From the NCBI GenBank assembly GCA_025611195.1, contig GCA_025611195.1_4718.2: DNA of 64,000 nucleotides; one strand, given 5' to 3'. A program made the translations under genes and the position numbers. Below the pieces are notes generated by a model. It saw only the letters and a program-made list of their open reading frames with translations, had not been told where the DNA came from and made no database searches. This stretch comes from a phage. Numbering within the stretch: position 1 is the first letter of the stretch; every line of letters begins with the position of its first letter. Shown in pieces: positions 7,989-17,386 of this stretch.

Positions 7989-10900
7989 TTAAATTGTTGG
8001 TTTAATATCGCGTAATAGGGCGATATAATAGCCTAATCCTCGGAGGATCTCCCCGCTCCAGAAACCAAAATACATTCCGTCTCTGCCGAGATTAGCACTA
8101 TCTGGTGCAGGACTCCACCCACCATTCATTGCGTCATCAACGGTGTAACGGTTTATGTAGTTCTCAACGATCTCGTTATAAACATTAACAGCAACAGAAT
8201 AGCCTTTATCGTTGGGATGTTCGTACAACATCGCTAACGACGCTCCGGCTAACCATAATCCCGCCATATGACCAGTAAAGTCGTTCGGGATAAAGGTAGG
8301 GGGTTTATCCATCGGAAAATCCGTAGGAGACCGATAGGCGTTTTCCTGCTGATACGTAAACAAGAAATCGATCCAATGACTGATGTAAGTGGATAACTTC
8401 TCAGGGACAGCCAAACCACGATCAAGCAGTCCTGCATAAAGCCTCACCGCTGAAAAGAAAGCCCTCGGCTGATAACCAGACCATGCTGTCTGATCGCCGA
8501 AGTGGTACATCGTAAAATCATTAACTTTTGATCCGCTTGGCGCATCCCAACGATCCCACACGTACGCACTCGCACCCGGCCCTAAAACCCCGAATTTCTG
8601 ATAATACCACTGTTGTGAGTCATACCAGAAATTCACAACATTCTGGATCATAAGGTCACGTCGTTCAGCCGGTACGTCCATATCCAGGAAGACCCATGGA
8701 TGTTGGTAGCCGGGATAAGGCTGCCCGCGCCAACTGTCGAACGTCGGTGCGTTAGGGATATAGTTGTTCGAGAACGGAATAATACCCGGAGTATAAGGCA
8801 ACGGATCGAGACGCTGGTTGACAATCGTGCAATCACCAACCCGTAATGTTCCCTCCGCCTCAAAGGTTGCTTTTAACGTAAACAGCATGGTATATCCGTC
8901 ATCCGTGGTGTAAGTTGATGGCGGATTGTTGATGGTGTAAAGCTTAAATACCCCTTCAGCGATATCGCTGTCATCGGGCAAGAACAAAATTTCAGTTGAG
9001 CCATCACCCCACACAGGTGCAGAAGGTTTAGGGTCAGTATCCGTGTGGTTCGGTTGATACCCCGAGAGCGTCCATCCGGTAGCCGAAAGCGTCAACGTAT
9101 TTCTTGATGTGGTGGTCGGTAGCATCTGCCACCATCGCCAACCATTCGCATCTTCTACACGAACGTTGAAGTCAATCGACGCGAAATAACTGACCTGTCT
9201 TACGATCTGTTTTGCTGTTGGATTGAATTCAAATTGCCCGCCTGCCGCAGTAAGTTGTGCTTTTAAGAACAACCCATCCCAGGAATCTTCCGCCGCTTCG
9301 CTGAATTCTGTTGTGATTGCGACATCGTCTTTCCAGCCGACTTTATCGGCCGATATCAGCACAGAACCCGTAACAGCATCACCGGTTGGCGTTGAAGCTT
9401 CATCAACCGCATCAGCAGGAATCAACGAGCCTATTTTGAAATCCCATCCTTTCGGTTCAACGCTGGAAGGTAATACCAGCTTATACGTTTTGGCTTTCGC
9501 TTCGGTTTTGTCCAAAGAAAGCGATAACGAGATCTCAACCGGAATTGCAAGGCCTGTCGTATCTTTACCTCCGCAGGTTACACGAAGAATCGATTCGCGA
9601 TTTACGCGGAACGGAATGGCCTGCTGTTCGAGGTAAATTTGTGCTGAAGATGCTTGAATCACGATCCAGCCATCGGTATCACGCGTGATTGTGAACGGCG
9701 CTTTCGATGGGTATGTATACGTGTAAGCGATACCGTCGGTATCGTAACGATTGGTTCCTTTTACCTGACGGAAGAACTTATCGTTGGCGTCGATACGGGT
9801 ATATTCTTCAATTGTAAACAAAGATGCCTTGTACGCTTTCTGATAGCGCTCCTGCTGCGTTAAACGGTATAAGGTGTAGGCTGATTCACAAAACCACTGT
9901 TCGGCGTCTGACGCGTTTCCCATGTAGTCTCTGGTGACTGGCACCTGGATCGGTCGGTTATGCTGACATTCATTCGTTTTAATAAGGTATCCGCCATATT
10001 CAACAGGAACACGGGGTGCCCATGCAACCAAGTAAGAACCGTTGACGGATTTATCTTTGAGTACGATGGTGCCCACCTCATCGTCGGTACACGCTGCAAG
10101 ATCGTCCCCGTCGGCACTTACGTAACGTTTTGTGCGTAACGCAACTTTCTCGATAGGAAACACCGTACCCTTTGTATTCCAGTCAATTGTCCCATCATCA
10201 TTGGTTTTGAACACGTCCGCGTTCAAATTCTGCCAGCCGAGTTTACCCTCATAGACCTTAACAACAAGATCCGCGTATTCCCCGAACGTTGGTGCACCAT
10301 GTGCTATTTTTCCAATACCGTTGGTGAATGTAACCACTGTGTCATGGAAACCACCATGTGTTGGGTAATCGTCTTTTGCAAGAGGATAATGGGCCAACAC
10401 AGGCTGTTTACCATTAACAATCCAGTTAGCGATCCAGCGTGCTGGTGTATCCGGTGGTTCAAGGCCTGCATAGAACGCTTTTATATACGCATCGAACGAT
10501 GATTCTGCTAATGTAAGATAGTGCGCTTTAAGTTTGGTATCATCCGTTGTATGACTGAATATACCAGCACCCAGAATTAACAACGACTGTCCTTCTGTTG
10601 TCGCGTCACCGTCTGGTTGTGCTTCTTGTCGTGTTGCTGCGATGAAATGGCGATTGTTTACCATTACCCCGCTTTCATTTAACACGTAATGATCGGTTTC
10701 TGGGTTGGTAAACGTTCCTGTATTTCGGGTTAAGAAGCTTGCATGGCCGTAACCAACGAAATTAACCGGCGACGCTGTAATCATCCATTTACCGATAAGT
10801 TGGGCGACGTCGTTATAACGCTCCGATGCGGTGATTTGTTTCACGTACCAATCTTTACGGTTGAATGTCCAAAGCAGGAAGTAATACGTGGCATTGATTT

Positions 10901-11585
10901 CCATTACCGGAAACGTCGGTGTTAACGGCTCCAGCGTTAAGTAGTTGCTCCAATCAATCTGCCCACCAACAACCGACGGGGTAATCTCTAATAACTGACA
11001 CCATTCATAACGGTCCGACACACTACTGGACGTTGCTGGTAAAGGTAACTTGTATACGCCAGTACGATTCAGATTGAATGCTTTCCTAGCTGATCCTAAA
11101 TCAACATAAATACCGGATGATGCGTTTGCACTAGATGTCTCCAAAGCACCTAGCGTTGACCGATACATTGAGATGACCAGCGTATCTTTCCAGTAAGGGT
11201 TATCCTTGGTTGGTTCTAGTGCGATTTGTGCAAAGATGCTGTTCTGTGTCCCTAACTGGTATGTTGCACTTAAAGATTCTTCTGTGAAGTAACTTTCTGC
11301 AATCGCCAGATGGAACTGCTCGTTCAATAACGCGAGTGCCGCTCGACCAGAAACCGCTTCATTACCGGTTTCTTTTTTCATGATTGCGCCGAACGGAAAC
11401 AGTGTCGCGAATGACCGTTTTGGTTTATTAACCGTAACCGTCCCCGTGTAATTTCCAACACCATCAAGTTTTTGACTATCGCCGACAGCAGTGACTGTGA
11501 CGCCATCAACTGGGATATCTGTTTTGTTTAGTGCGTTGAGTTGGTCGACCAGATCCTGTTTATCATCAGGTAAGAATGTCGTCAT
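7989..11585 (-). CDS. large protein in the tail-fibre module (function unknown)
   Basis: 1198-aa ORF, tightly packed with neighbours and embedded among fibre-family genes. No catalytic motif recognised with confidence; a virion structural role is inferred from context only. Confidence 0.65.
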   Translation of the reverse strand: MTTFLPDDKQDLVDQLNALNKTDIPVDGVTVTAVGDSQKLDGVGNYTGTVTVNKPKRSFATLFPFGAIMKKETGNEAVSGRAALALLNEQFHLAIAESYFTEESLSATYQLGTQNSIFAQIALEPTKDNPYWKDTLVISMYRSTLGALETSSANASSGIYVDLGSARKAFNLNRTGVYKLPLPATSSSVSDRYEWCQLLEITPSVVGGQIDWSNYLTLEPLTPTFPVMEINATYYFLLWTFNRKDWYVKQITASERYNDVAQLIGKWMITASPVNFVGYGHASFLTRNTGTFTNPETDHYVLNESGVMVNNRHFIAATRQEAQPDGDATTEGQSLLILGAGIFSHTTDDTKLKAHYLTLAESSFDAYIKAFYAGLEPPDTPARWIANWIVNGKQPVLAHYPLAKDDYPTHGGFHDTVVTFTNGIGKIAHGAPTFGEYADLVVKVYEGKLGWQNLNADVFKTNDDGTIDWNTKGTVFPIEKVALRTKRYVSADGDDLAACTDDEVGTIVLKDKSVNGSYLVAWAPRVPVEYGGYLIKTNECQHNRPIQVPVTRDYMGNASDAEQWFCESAYTLYRLTQQERYQKAYKASLFTIEEYTRIDANDKFFRQVKGTNRYDTDGIAYTYTYPSKAPFTITRDTDGWIVIQASSAQIYLEQQAIPFRVNRESILRVTCGGKDTTGLAIPVEISLSLSLDKTEAKAKTYKLVLPSSVEPKGWDFKIGSLIPADAVDEASTPTGDAVTGSVLISADKVGWKDDVAITTEFSEAAEDSWDGLFLKAQLTAAGGQFEFNPTAKQIVRQVSYFASIDFNVRVEDANGWRWWQMLPTTTSRNTLTLSATGWTLSGYQPNHTDTDPKPSAPVWGDGSTEILFLPDDSDIAEGVFKLYTINNPPSTYTTDDGYTMLFTLKATFEAEGTLRVGDCTIVNQRLDPLPYTPGIIPFSNNYIPNAPTFDSWRGQPYPGYQHPWVFLDMDVPAERRDLMIQNVVNFWYDSQQWYYQKFGVLGPGASAYVWDRWDAPSGSKVNDFTMYHFGDQTAWSGYQPRAFFSAVRLYAGLLDRGLAVPEKLSTYISHWIDFLFTYQQENAYRSPTDFPMDKPPTFIPNDFTGHMAGLWLAGASLAMLYEHPNDKGYSVAVNVYNEIVENYINRYTVDDAMNGGWSPAPDSANLGRDGMYFGFWSGEILRGLGYYIALLRDIKPTI

Positions 11586-11598
11586 TATTTACTCCGCC

Positions 11599-12429
11599 TT
11601 AATCGTAACTGAAATAAAGTTTGCTGCTGACGCCGCTATCGGAATGAGGTTTTAATACCAGAACAGAGCTTCCGAACGACGGAAGTATCGGAACATTTAA
11701 ATCGTTTGCGTCGGCAACTTTTCCATTATAAACGACACTGGCTGTTGTGATAAGTTCCCAAGCTAAGGCATAACTCATTGAAATCAGTGAAGAGGCTAAA
11801 CGGAATGCGTTGTATCCTTCAGGAGAATCTCCAACCGACAATGAACGTATCGCATCTTGCGGTGGTAAATTTAGCTTGATGCCGTAGGTGCTAAACGTGT
11901 GGAAATCCCCTTGTTTACTATCTTCTGGATAATAAGAGGTTAGCGGTTCTCGCACCGTAATCAGTTCGCTAATATCGGTATTTACCGCTTTTCGCGCGAG
12001 GAATTGAAACGTACCGTACCACGATGCTGATGCATCAGAACGAATAGGAACAGTTATGGTTTTCTCGCCGCTTTCAAATTCAATCTGTGTCGCTAACATT
12101 GAAGAATCAAAGATCGTTAAATCGATCTTCAACCCATACTTCTTAAACAGCTGCGTTAAGCAGTCTGCTATAGTCGTCATATCAGCAACGACAATAAAAG
12201 GTTGGTGTTTGATAAAGAGCTTATTAATGTCTCGACGTTGAAGATAAACCTGTACCGGGTCTTCGATATAGTAAGTCGATTGTGATGTGGGGACTATAGA
12301 AAGGCGTAGCCGACCTGATGCACCATACCAGGCTGGCGTTAGCGTAATGTCTGACAGGGATAACGGATGCTGGAGATCGGTGTTTATTTTAGATAACACT
12401 TCCTCTTGCCATGATGCTTCAGGATACAT
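11599..12429 (-). CDS. fibre-family paralog (shared N-terminal module, distinct C-terminus)
   Basis: N-terminus MYPEASWQEEVLSKIN...YLQRRDINKLF aligns with the shared module. GAGG before ATG. Confidence 0.6.
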   Translation of the reverse strand: MYPEASWQEEVLSKINTDLQHPLSLSDITLTPAWYGASGRLRLSIVPTSQSTYYIEDPVQVYLQRRDINKLFIKHQPFIVVADMTTIADCLTQLFKKYGLKIDLTIFDSSMLATQIEFESGEKTITVPIRSDASASWYGTFQFLARKAVNTDISELITVREPLTSYYPEDSKQGDFHTFSTYGIKLNLPPQDAIRSLSVGDSPEGYNAFRLASSLISMSYALAWELITTASVVYNGKVADANDLNVPILPSFGSSVLVLKPHSDSGVSSKLYFSYD

Positions 12430-12488
12430 GCTGACCTCATAGATGATCGTTGATAGGAAAGAGACCTAATTCATACCATGGGAACCTC

Positions 12489-12543
12489 AAAAAAAAAAAA
12501 CAAAAATAGGAAAACGGTGCTCATCCTTTTAGGGATGAGCACC
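12489..12543 (-). terminator. rho-independent terminator (minus strand)
   Basis: Perfect 11-bp stem GGTGCTCATCC / GGATGAGCACC with 6-nt loop, followed on the minus strand by a long U-tract (plus-strand A-run at 12489..12514). Sits downstream of 12565..13143. Confidence 0.8.
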
Positions 12544-12564
12544 GCGTACCGTTATATCGAATGA

Positions 12565-13143
12565 TTAGTAAGGAATCAGATCGTTAAGCTTTTCTTCTTC
12601 GATGACAAAGAAGTTGTTCTGGTCGTCTAAATCTGTTAACAGGACTTGTCCGACAGTAAAGCACGTGCCACCCTTCTTAGGCATCCATACCGGCTCATTC
12701 GTTACCTTATCGGGATACCATTTGAAACGATTGGTATCTAAGAAGAACGCTGCTTTGTTCGCTTTATCCGTTGAATGATAACTAACCAATGCAGGCCATT
12801 CAATCCAGGTATTTGTGCACGGCACATGTAAAGGATACCATGCACGCCAGCGTTTGCCTGGCTTGTTAGGATCAACCCAATACTCGGCAGTCAATACAGC
12901 ATCTTTATAATGTTTCTGTATTAACATTTCGAGCACAAGCTCATTACCCTTTGGTGAATCTAAAGTCACTTCAGCCATATAAAGGGATTTAGGTAATCCA
13001 GACTGTTTTGCGGGTGGTATTACGACACCGGTAACCAACGGTCTGCTCGGCTTACGCTTCTGTTCTTTCCGATGTGTGTAAAGGAATAGCCCGATAGCTG
13101 CGGCAACAAGTATAATAAACAACACTACCTTAATCCAATTCAT
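12565..13143 (-). CDS. membrane-anchored protein
   Basis: N-terminal hydrophobic helix (NWIKVVLFIILVAAAIGLFLY) followed by basic residues. ATGA overlap with the upstream gene. Confidence 0.6.
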   Translation of the reverse strand: MNWIKVVLFIILVAAAIGLFLYTHRKEQKRKPSRPLVTGVVIPPAKQSGLPKSLYMAEVTLDSPKGNELVLEMLIQKHYKDAVLTAEYWVDPNKPGKRWRAWYPLHVPCTNTWIEWPALVSYHSTDKANKAAFFLDTNRFKWYPDKVTNEPVWMPKKGGTCFTVGQVLLTDLDDQNNFFVIEEEKLNDLIPY

Positions 13144-13889
13144 TCGTCAATATCTCCTTCTACAAACAGAGTCAATTTGATTTCAGGATCATAGAACATA
13201 GTAATCACACCATCTTGCTCTACTGAACGTTGCGCTGTCCATATTAACTGTTCATCCCGAATATCAAATTTATGCCGCTCATCACTCACCACGGCTTCCG
13301 CATCAACGTAATGGTAAACATCACCGAGAGGATTCTCAATCCAGCCGCGTACCATCAAACGTTCTTTTTGTTTACGTGTAAAGAAGCGATAAGGATCTTC
13401 GCACGTGCGCCATACATCCCCGTTCCCGCTGACCAGCTCATCATAAACTTTAGAGAGTTCGTCAGGTACCGGAATCAAAATGTTATCTTGATAGTTCGAC
13501 CAGAAACGACGTACATCTTGGATCAGCTCATCGTCCTGCAGTTTGATTACCGCGTCACTATGATCGATTTTAACAGTATCGATATCAAGACGGGTAAACG
13601 GAAGAGCGTCTAGGTTTACCGCAGCGACATCGATCCGATCATGATGAACATAAACCCACCCATCAAACCACCGGTAACCATCAGCTTGATATAGCGTTGT
13701 GTGGTATCTGACGACGTTGATGTCTTCAAACGATTCTAATAAGGCTTTAGCTGCTAAAAGCGGTGAAAAGTTCTTTGATTGTCCTGGTTTACGTATCTCT
13801 TCTTTGATGAACAATTTACCAAGCAGTGGGTGTTCGATAACAAAACCACAGGAAAGCATGATGCTTCCTTGATAGCGAGGTTCTTGCAT
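13140..13889 (-). CDS. hypothetical protein
   Basis: 249-aa ORF with GAGGAATAGG before ATG. Confidence 0.55.
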   Translation of the reverse strand: MQEPRYQGSIMLSCGFVIEHPLLGKLFIKEEIRKPGQSKNFSPLLAAKALLESFEDINVVRYHTTLYQADGYRWFDGWVYVHHDRIDVAAVNLDALPFTRLDIDTVKIDHSDAVIKLQDDELIQDVRRFWSNYQDNILIPVPDELSKVYDELVSGNGDVWRTCEDPYRFFTRKQKERLMVRGWIENPLGDVYHYVDAEAVVSDERHKFDIRDEQLIWTAQRSVEQDGVITMFYDPEIKLTLFVEGDIDE

Positions 13890-14064
13890 TTCCTATTCCT
13901 CAAACAAATGATTGTCTTTTACGCGACACGATTACAAGTACACAGGTTACTGAATTTCTGTAAGAGTTAATTTTCGTAAACTAAAAGAAAATGTATCCGT
14001 GTTTCCTGGTTCTTCCCCTCCACAGCCTCAGGAAGAGAAGAACCGTTTGCTAAGTTGTTATATA

Positions 14065-14313
14065 TTAAAATGCATTGATTGGGCTGTTCAATGCTTTATC
14101 ACGGATTTGAATCGCCGCCAGCATTGCTTTCTGGTACGAATCGTAAGCATCAACAGAAACAGTCGTATCAACCAATTCCTTTAATGCTGATTCAGCCGCT
14201 TTTACGCGGACGCGGAACTTGGTGATTGCGTTATCTTTGTTACGATAAACCGTGATGTGGTGCAGCGGTTGAACTTTGGTTTTAACGGATTTAGTTGCTT
14301 TGATCGTTTTCAT
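14065..14313 (-). CDS. hypothetical small protein
   Basis: 82-aa ORF with AAGGAAA Shine-Dalgarno; preceded by the stem-loop/TTATGC element. Confidence 0.5.
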   Translation of the reverse strand: MKTIKATKSVKTKVQPLHHITVYRNKDNAITKFRVRVKAAESALKELVDTTVSVDAYDSYQKAMLAAIQIRDKALNSPINAF

Positions 14314-14360
14314 GATGATTTCCTTCTTTATTAGGATGATTACATTTAGTCAGTTTAACA

Positions 14361-14392
14361 GCATAAACCCTTCCCGCGTAAGGCAGGAAGGG
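14361..14392 (-). promoter_or_regulatory. stem-loop CCCTTCC/GGAAGGG followed on the minus strand by TTTATGCTG
   Basis: Inverted repeat 14368..14374 / 14386..14392 between the stop of 14407..14904 and the start of 14065..14313; TTTATGCTGT read on the minus strand (plus 14358..14367). Confidence 0.5.
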
Positions 14393-14406
14393 CATACGGA
14401 TTTGTT

Positions 14407-14904
14407 TTACGCGTGTCGTCGTTTACCAAAGAAAATGTGATTGTCTACCACGGTGATATTGGTAGCGTGTTTTCTGAAATGTTTAGGGCGAAGATGTTTC
14501 GCGTTAAAGAATACGGCTCCTCGTGTTGGGTCGGCTTTATGGTAAGCCGCAATGTCAGTATAACGTAATGTTGCGACCTCTCGTGCTATCGCTCTTGCCC
14601 GCTCAAAAGCGGCATGATCGCGTATGACAATTCGTTGTTGTCTTGCCCAGGGGAATTGACCTCTTTGCAGTACGACGTCTCTGACGTTCGTAGGGAATCG
14701 GTAGTCCATAGATCGATTATGTATTAAAAACGCCACGGAGTATTGCCCTTTTACAGATTCGCCTCTGGCTTCCATATACACAGCGCATGCGACGATTTCT
14801 TTCCGGCAATCGATTCTAGGTCCTGCGTTCACCGATGCTTGACTTAACGGTGCGATAAGCAACATAACAAGCCCTAAAACCAACGTGTGTAAAATACCTT
14901 GCAT
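14407..14904 (-). CDS. secreted cell-wall hydrolase, SleB/Hydrolase_2 family (candidate endolysin)
   Basis: IVACAVYMEARGESVKGQYSVAFLIHNR matches the SleB-type cell-wall hydrolase signature. Start moved to ATG 14904, giving a signal-peptide-like N-terminus MQGILHTLVLGLVMLLIAPLSQASV. Confidence 0.75.
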   Translation of the reverse strand: MQGILHTLVLGLVMLLIAPLSQASVNAGPRIDCRKEIVACAVYMEARGESVKGQYSVAFLIHNRSMDYRFPTNVRDVVLQRGQFPWARQQRIVIRDHAAFERARAIAREVATLRYTDIAAYHKADPTRGAVFFNAKHLRPKHFRKHATNITVVDNHIFFGKRRHA

Positions 14905-14974
14905 CTTAATTAACCTCACGATAAGGTGCTGTCCACTGGCGTCTTGATAACGCATCCCGTCTATCGGGTTGTTC

Positions 14975-15140
14975 TATTCAGCGGGCAGCAGGTTAGCGTC
15001 AGATGTTTGCCCGACATCCACGACAGAAATAAACGGTACTGAAAATGCGGTCTCCTCTGGTTTGGCAATAAACATAACGTTGGATAACAGAACCCATTTC
15101 CCGCATCCAACGCGGTAAAGGTGTACATCGTTTGAATTCA
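14975..15140 (-). CDS. possible small ORF (55 aa)
   Basis: Open frame MNSNDVHLYRVGCGKWVLL... in the gap between the hydrolase and 15159..15461. Weak Shine-Dalgarno; below the ORF-track size cutoff. Confidence 0.25.
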
Positions 15141-15158
15141 TATAGTTTCTCAAAGATG

Positions 15159-15461
15159 TTAACCTCTACCGTCGAGCCACAAGTTGTATTTCTCACGAGC
15201 GTCGGGATCACGATAGATGCGACGATACCTTAATTCCGGTAATAATCCGGTTCGCACTAACTCATCCGTTAACTTTCTACGACGTTCTACGCCGTTATGG
15301 ATACGACGTAACTCACGAAAGTTAAGCGGTGTTTGTTTCATTAGAACCCCCATTACGATCGGGCGATGATCAATTTCATACAGCGATAATACACCACGTA
15401 TTTCATCTAATACCCGCTCGCGATCGATTAGTATTCGATCATGATATTTTAATTGTTCCAT
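15159..15461 (-). CDS. hypothetical protein
   Basis: 100-aa ORF directly downstream of the holin-like gene. Confidence 0.5.
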   Translation of the reverse strand: MEQLKYHDRILIDRERVLDEIRGVLSLYEIDHRPIVMGVLMKQTPLNFRELRRIHNGVERRRKLTDELVRTGLLPELRYRRIYRDPDAREKYNLWLDGRG

Positions 15462-15487
15462 AACAGTTGCTCTCGTTTCAGGGGGAG

Positions 15488-15691
15488 TTAAGTATTGTGT
15501 TTATTCCTACCTACATTCCTCAACAGTGTAACGATAACGAATACCGCTACCATCAAGAAGACGAACCATAACCCCACGTTAATTCGGACTGCTGGTTCAT
15601 CTACCATGAAGAACATCATCCCACAAAAACCAATTACCATCCATGCTAAAACCATCCCCGTTAATCCCCGTAGTAGCATATGTCCCATCAT
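15488..15691 (-). CDS. small two-TM membrane protein (holin-like)
   Basis: Start moved to ATG 15691 (AAGGAG upstream). 67 aa with two hydrophobic helices and a charged C-terminus (RNVGRNKHNT). Lies next to the SleB-type hydrolase. Confidence 0.5.
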   Translation of the reverse strand: MMGHMLLRGLTGMVLAWMVIGFCGMMFFMVDEPAVRINVGLWFVFLMVAVFVIVTLLRNVGRNKHNT

Positions 15692-15701
15692 GAACTCCTT
15701 C

Positions 15702-15872
15702 TTACTTCTTCTGATAGAGCGATGATTCAAATTTTAGAAACACCGCTAACGCGAGTGCGAGTAATAACGCACGTACCCACATACCTCCTTGACAACTGTT
15801 GTACAACATAAAGACCAGAGCGATGCCGCCCATATGTAGGCGGCACTTATCGAACAGTGTTGGTTTATACAT
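15702..15872 (-). CDS. possible small membrane ORF (56 aa)
   Basis: Frame MYKPTLFDK...MWVRALLLALALAVFLKFESSLYQKK is hydrophobic and ends just before the holin-like Shine-Dalgarno. No clear Shine-Dalgarno of its own. Confidence 0.25.
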   Translation of the reverse strand: MYKPTLFDKCRLHMGGIALVFMLYNSCQGGMWVRALLLALALAVFLKFESSLYQKK

Positions 15873-16074
15873 AGGAGATTAAACGTTGAATGATTTTTAC
15901 TTTGCCTTTACCCGGACCTTTCTTGCGACGATTCAACAGACGGATACGGTTTCCAATTACGGAATCGCCATCATAATCAGCCTGGAACTGTGATAAAAAA
16001 GCAGGTTGTACCCGGTCGACACCAGGATTGCTATAGAAACGATTGAAACTTAAAAGATGGTTAGTTGGAATCAT
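15865..16074 (-). CDS. small basic protein with KKGPGKGK motif
   Basis: Start moved to ATG 16074 (AAGGA upstream). C-terminus IGNRIRLLNRRKKGPGKGKVKII resembles three small proteins at 33866..34431. Confidence 0.4.
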   Translation of the reverse strand: MIPTNHLLSFNRFYSNPGVDRVQPAFLSQFQADYDGDSVIGNRIRLLNRRKKGPGKGKVKIIQRLISYV

Positions 16075-16092
16075 TGTATTGTCCTTATTCAA

Positions 16093-16443
16093 TTATTTAC
16101 CCAGATAGAGGTATTCGCCACCCTGAATAACACCGGTTGATGGGTCAACCAGTATGCGAACCCGCGCGTAGGTCTTGAAAGAGGGGTTGAAAACTTCGAA
16201 GTCAGCCACTTTCAATTTCACGCTGGGATTGATTGGATTCTTAACTCCTGGAAGTTCTTTCGGTAATCCGAAGTCGACTCCATATTCTTCAAGGTCTGCT
16301 GGTGTCATGCTCTCCATGGCCATGTAGATTGCTTTTGCTTTATCGTAAACCTCTGGGCTATCCAGCAACCCAGCCTGCGCTGAACCGACAACACTACCGA
16401 ACAGAATAGCAACAGCAACAAACAATTTAGTTAACGTTTTCAT
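16093..16443 (-). CDS. small secreted protein
   Basis: Signal peptide MKTLTKLFVAVAILFGSVVGSAQA with an AQA-G cleavage-type site. Confidence 0.6.
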   Translation of the reverse strand: MKTLTKLFVAVAILFGSVVGSAQAGLLDSPEVYDKAKAIYMAMESMTPADLEEYGVDFGLPKELPGVKNPINPSVKLKVADFEVFNPSFKTYARVRILVDPSTGVIQGGEYLYLGK

Positions 16444-16479
16444 GATATTTTCCTCGAAAGTAAAATGTTACAATACCTA

Positions 16480-16902
16480 TTAACGTACGGCTGCTACGCT
16501 GTTAGCGCATGCCTGAATATCATCGGTATTTACGATGATGGTTTCGTTAAACGCACGAATACGCGCACGACGGGCTTCTTTAAGGCTGGCGATTGCATTA
16601 GCAGCTTGATCTGTATTCGCAAGGCTAATAACCGGGATCAAACGCATATCCGGACTGCAGATATTCAATGCCTGGTATACACGTCCATTGATTCCTACGG
16701 TATCAGACATCGGATAGTGCGCGCGACATTGAAATTGACCCATGACAACAAGCGAACGATCGGAGATACCAATCTGATAACGACCGTCTTCGCTGTAGGT
16801 ATAGCAGTTATTCCCACGAGCCATCCAGTTAGCTTGCGCTTGTGCACTAACAAAAGCCAGGGTAGCGACGATAGCGAATGCGATATTTTTGAACAGTTTC
16901 AT
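16480..16902 (-). CDS. small secreted protein
   Basis: Start moved to ATG 16902 (AAGGAT upstream). Signal peptide MKLFKNIAFAIVATLAFVSAQAQA. Confidence 0.6.
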   Translation of the reverse strand: MKLFKNIAFAIVATLAFVSAQAQANWMARGNNCYTYSEDGRYQIGISDRSLVVMGQFQCRAHYPMSDTVGINGRVYQALNICSPDMRLIPVISLANTDQAANAIASLKEARRARIRAFNETIIVNTDDIQACANSVAAVR

Positions 16903-16960
16903 GATAAAGATCCTTATTGAAATAAAATCGGTATAAAGCCCCCCATTTAGGGGGACCTGA

Positions 16961-17278
16961 TTAGTTTGCACTTAAGAAATGACCCAGAACCGTTACGATT
17001 GGAAACAGTCCCGTAACCGTATTATCGCCCGAAAACATCATCTTTGAGTCGTTAACGGTGATGAAACGGATGTCGGTTGCGGATCCGTCGATAGCGACAA
17101 AACGCATCGAGTTTGGTGGAAGATCCTCAACAACTTCCACGAGGTGTTCACGATTTTCAAAGGCTTCTTTAACACGACGCATGAAACGAATCAATGTTCC
17201 TTCAGCGTCGGCTTCCAAATGACCTAAGATATCGCGATTATTGCGAATAGCGAATACAGTCATTTTAAACATACACAT
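16961..17278 (-). CDS. hypothetical protein
   Basis: 105-aa ORF with AAGAGGA before ATG; preceded by the TATATTAC-containing element. Confidence 0.5.
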   Translation of the reverse strand: MCMFKMTVFAIRNNRDILGHLEADAEGTLIRFMRRVKEAFENREHLVEVVEDLPPNSMRFVAIDGSATDIRFITVNDSKMMFSGDNTVTGLFPIVTVLGHFLSAN

Positions 17279-17319
17279 CTTGACATCCTCTTATATTGGA
17301 TTGCTTGCTAATAATTCAA

Positions 17320-17368
17320 GGTGAAGCTGATTACTGCATTGCTTCACCTAGGTAATATAGCCGTGAAA
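17320..17368 (-). promoter_or_regulatory. candidate early-type promoter: TTTCACGGCTATATTAC followed by 8-bp stem-loop
   Basis: Minus strand reads TTTCACGGCTATATTAC (plus 17352..17368), then hairpin GGTGAAGC...GCTTCACC (17320..17348), about 73 nt upstream of ATG 17278. The same 17-mer recurs at 45952..45968 and, as a variant, at 63985..64000. Confidence 0.5.
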
Positions 17369-17386
17369 ATTAATGCGTTAATTCAT

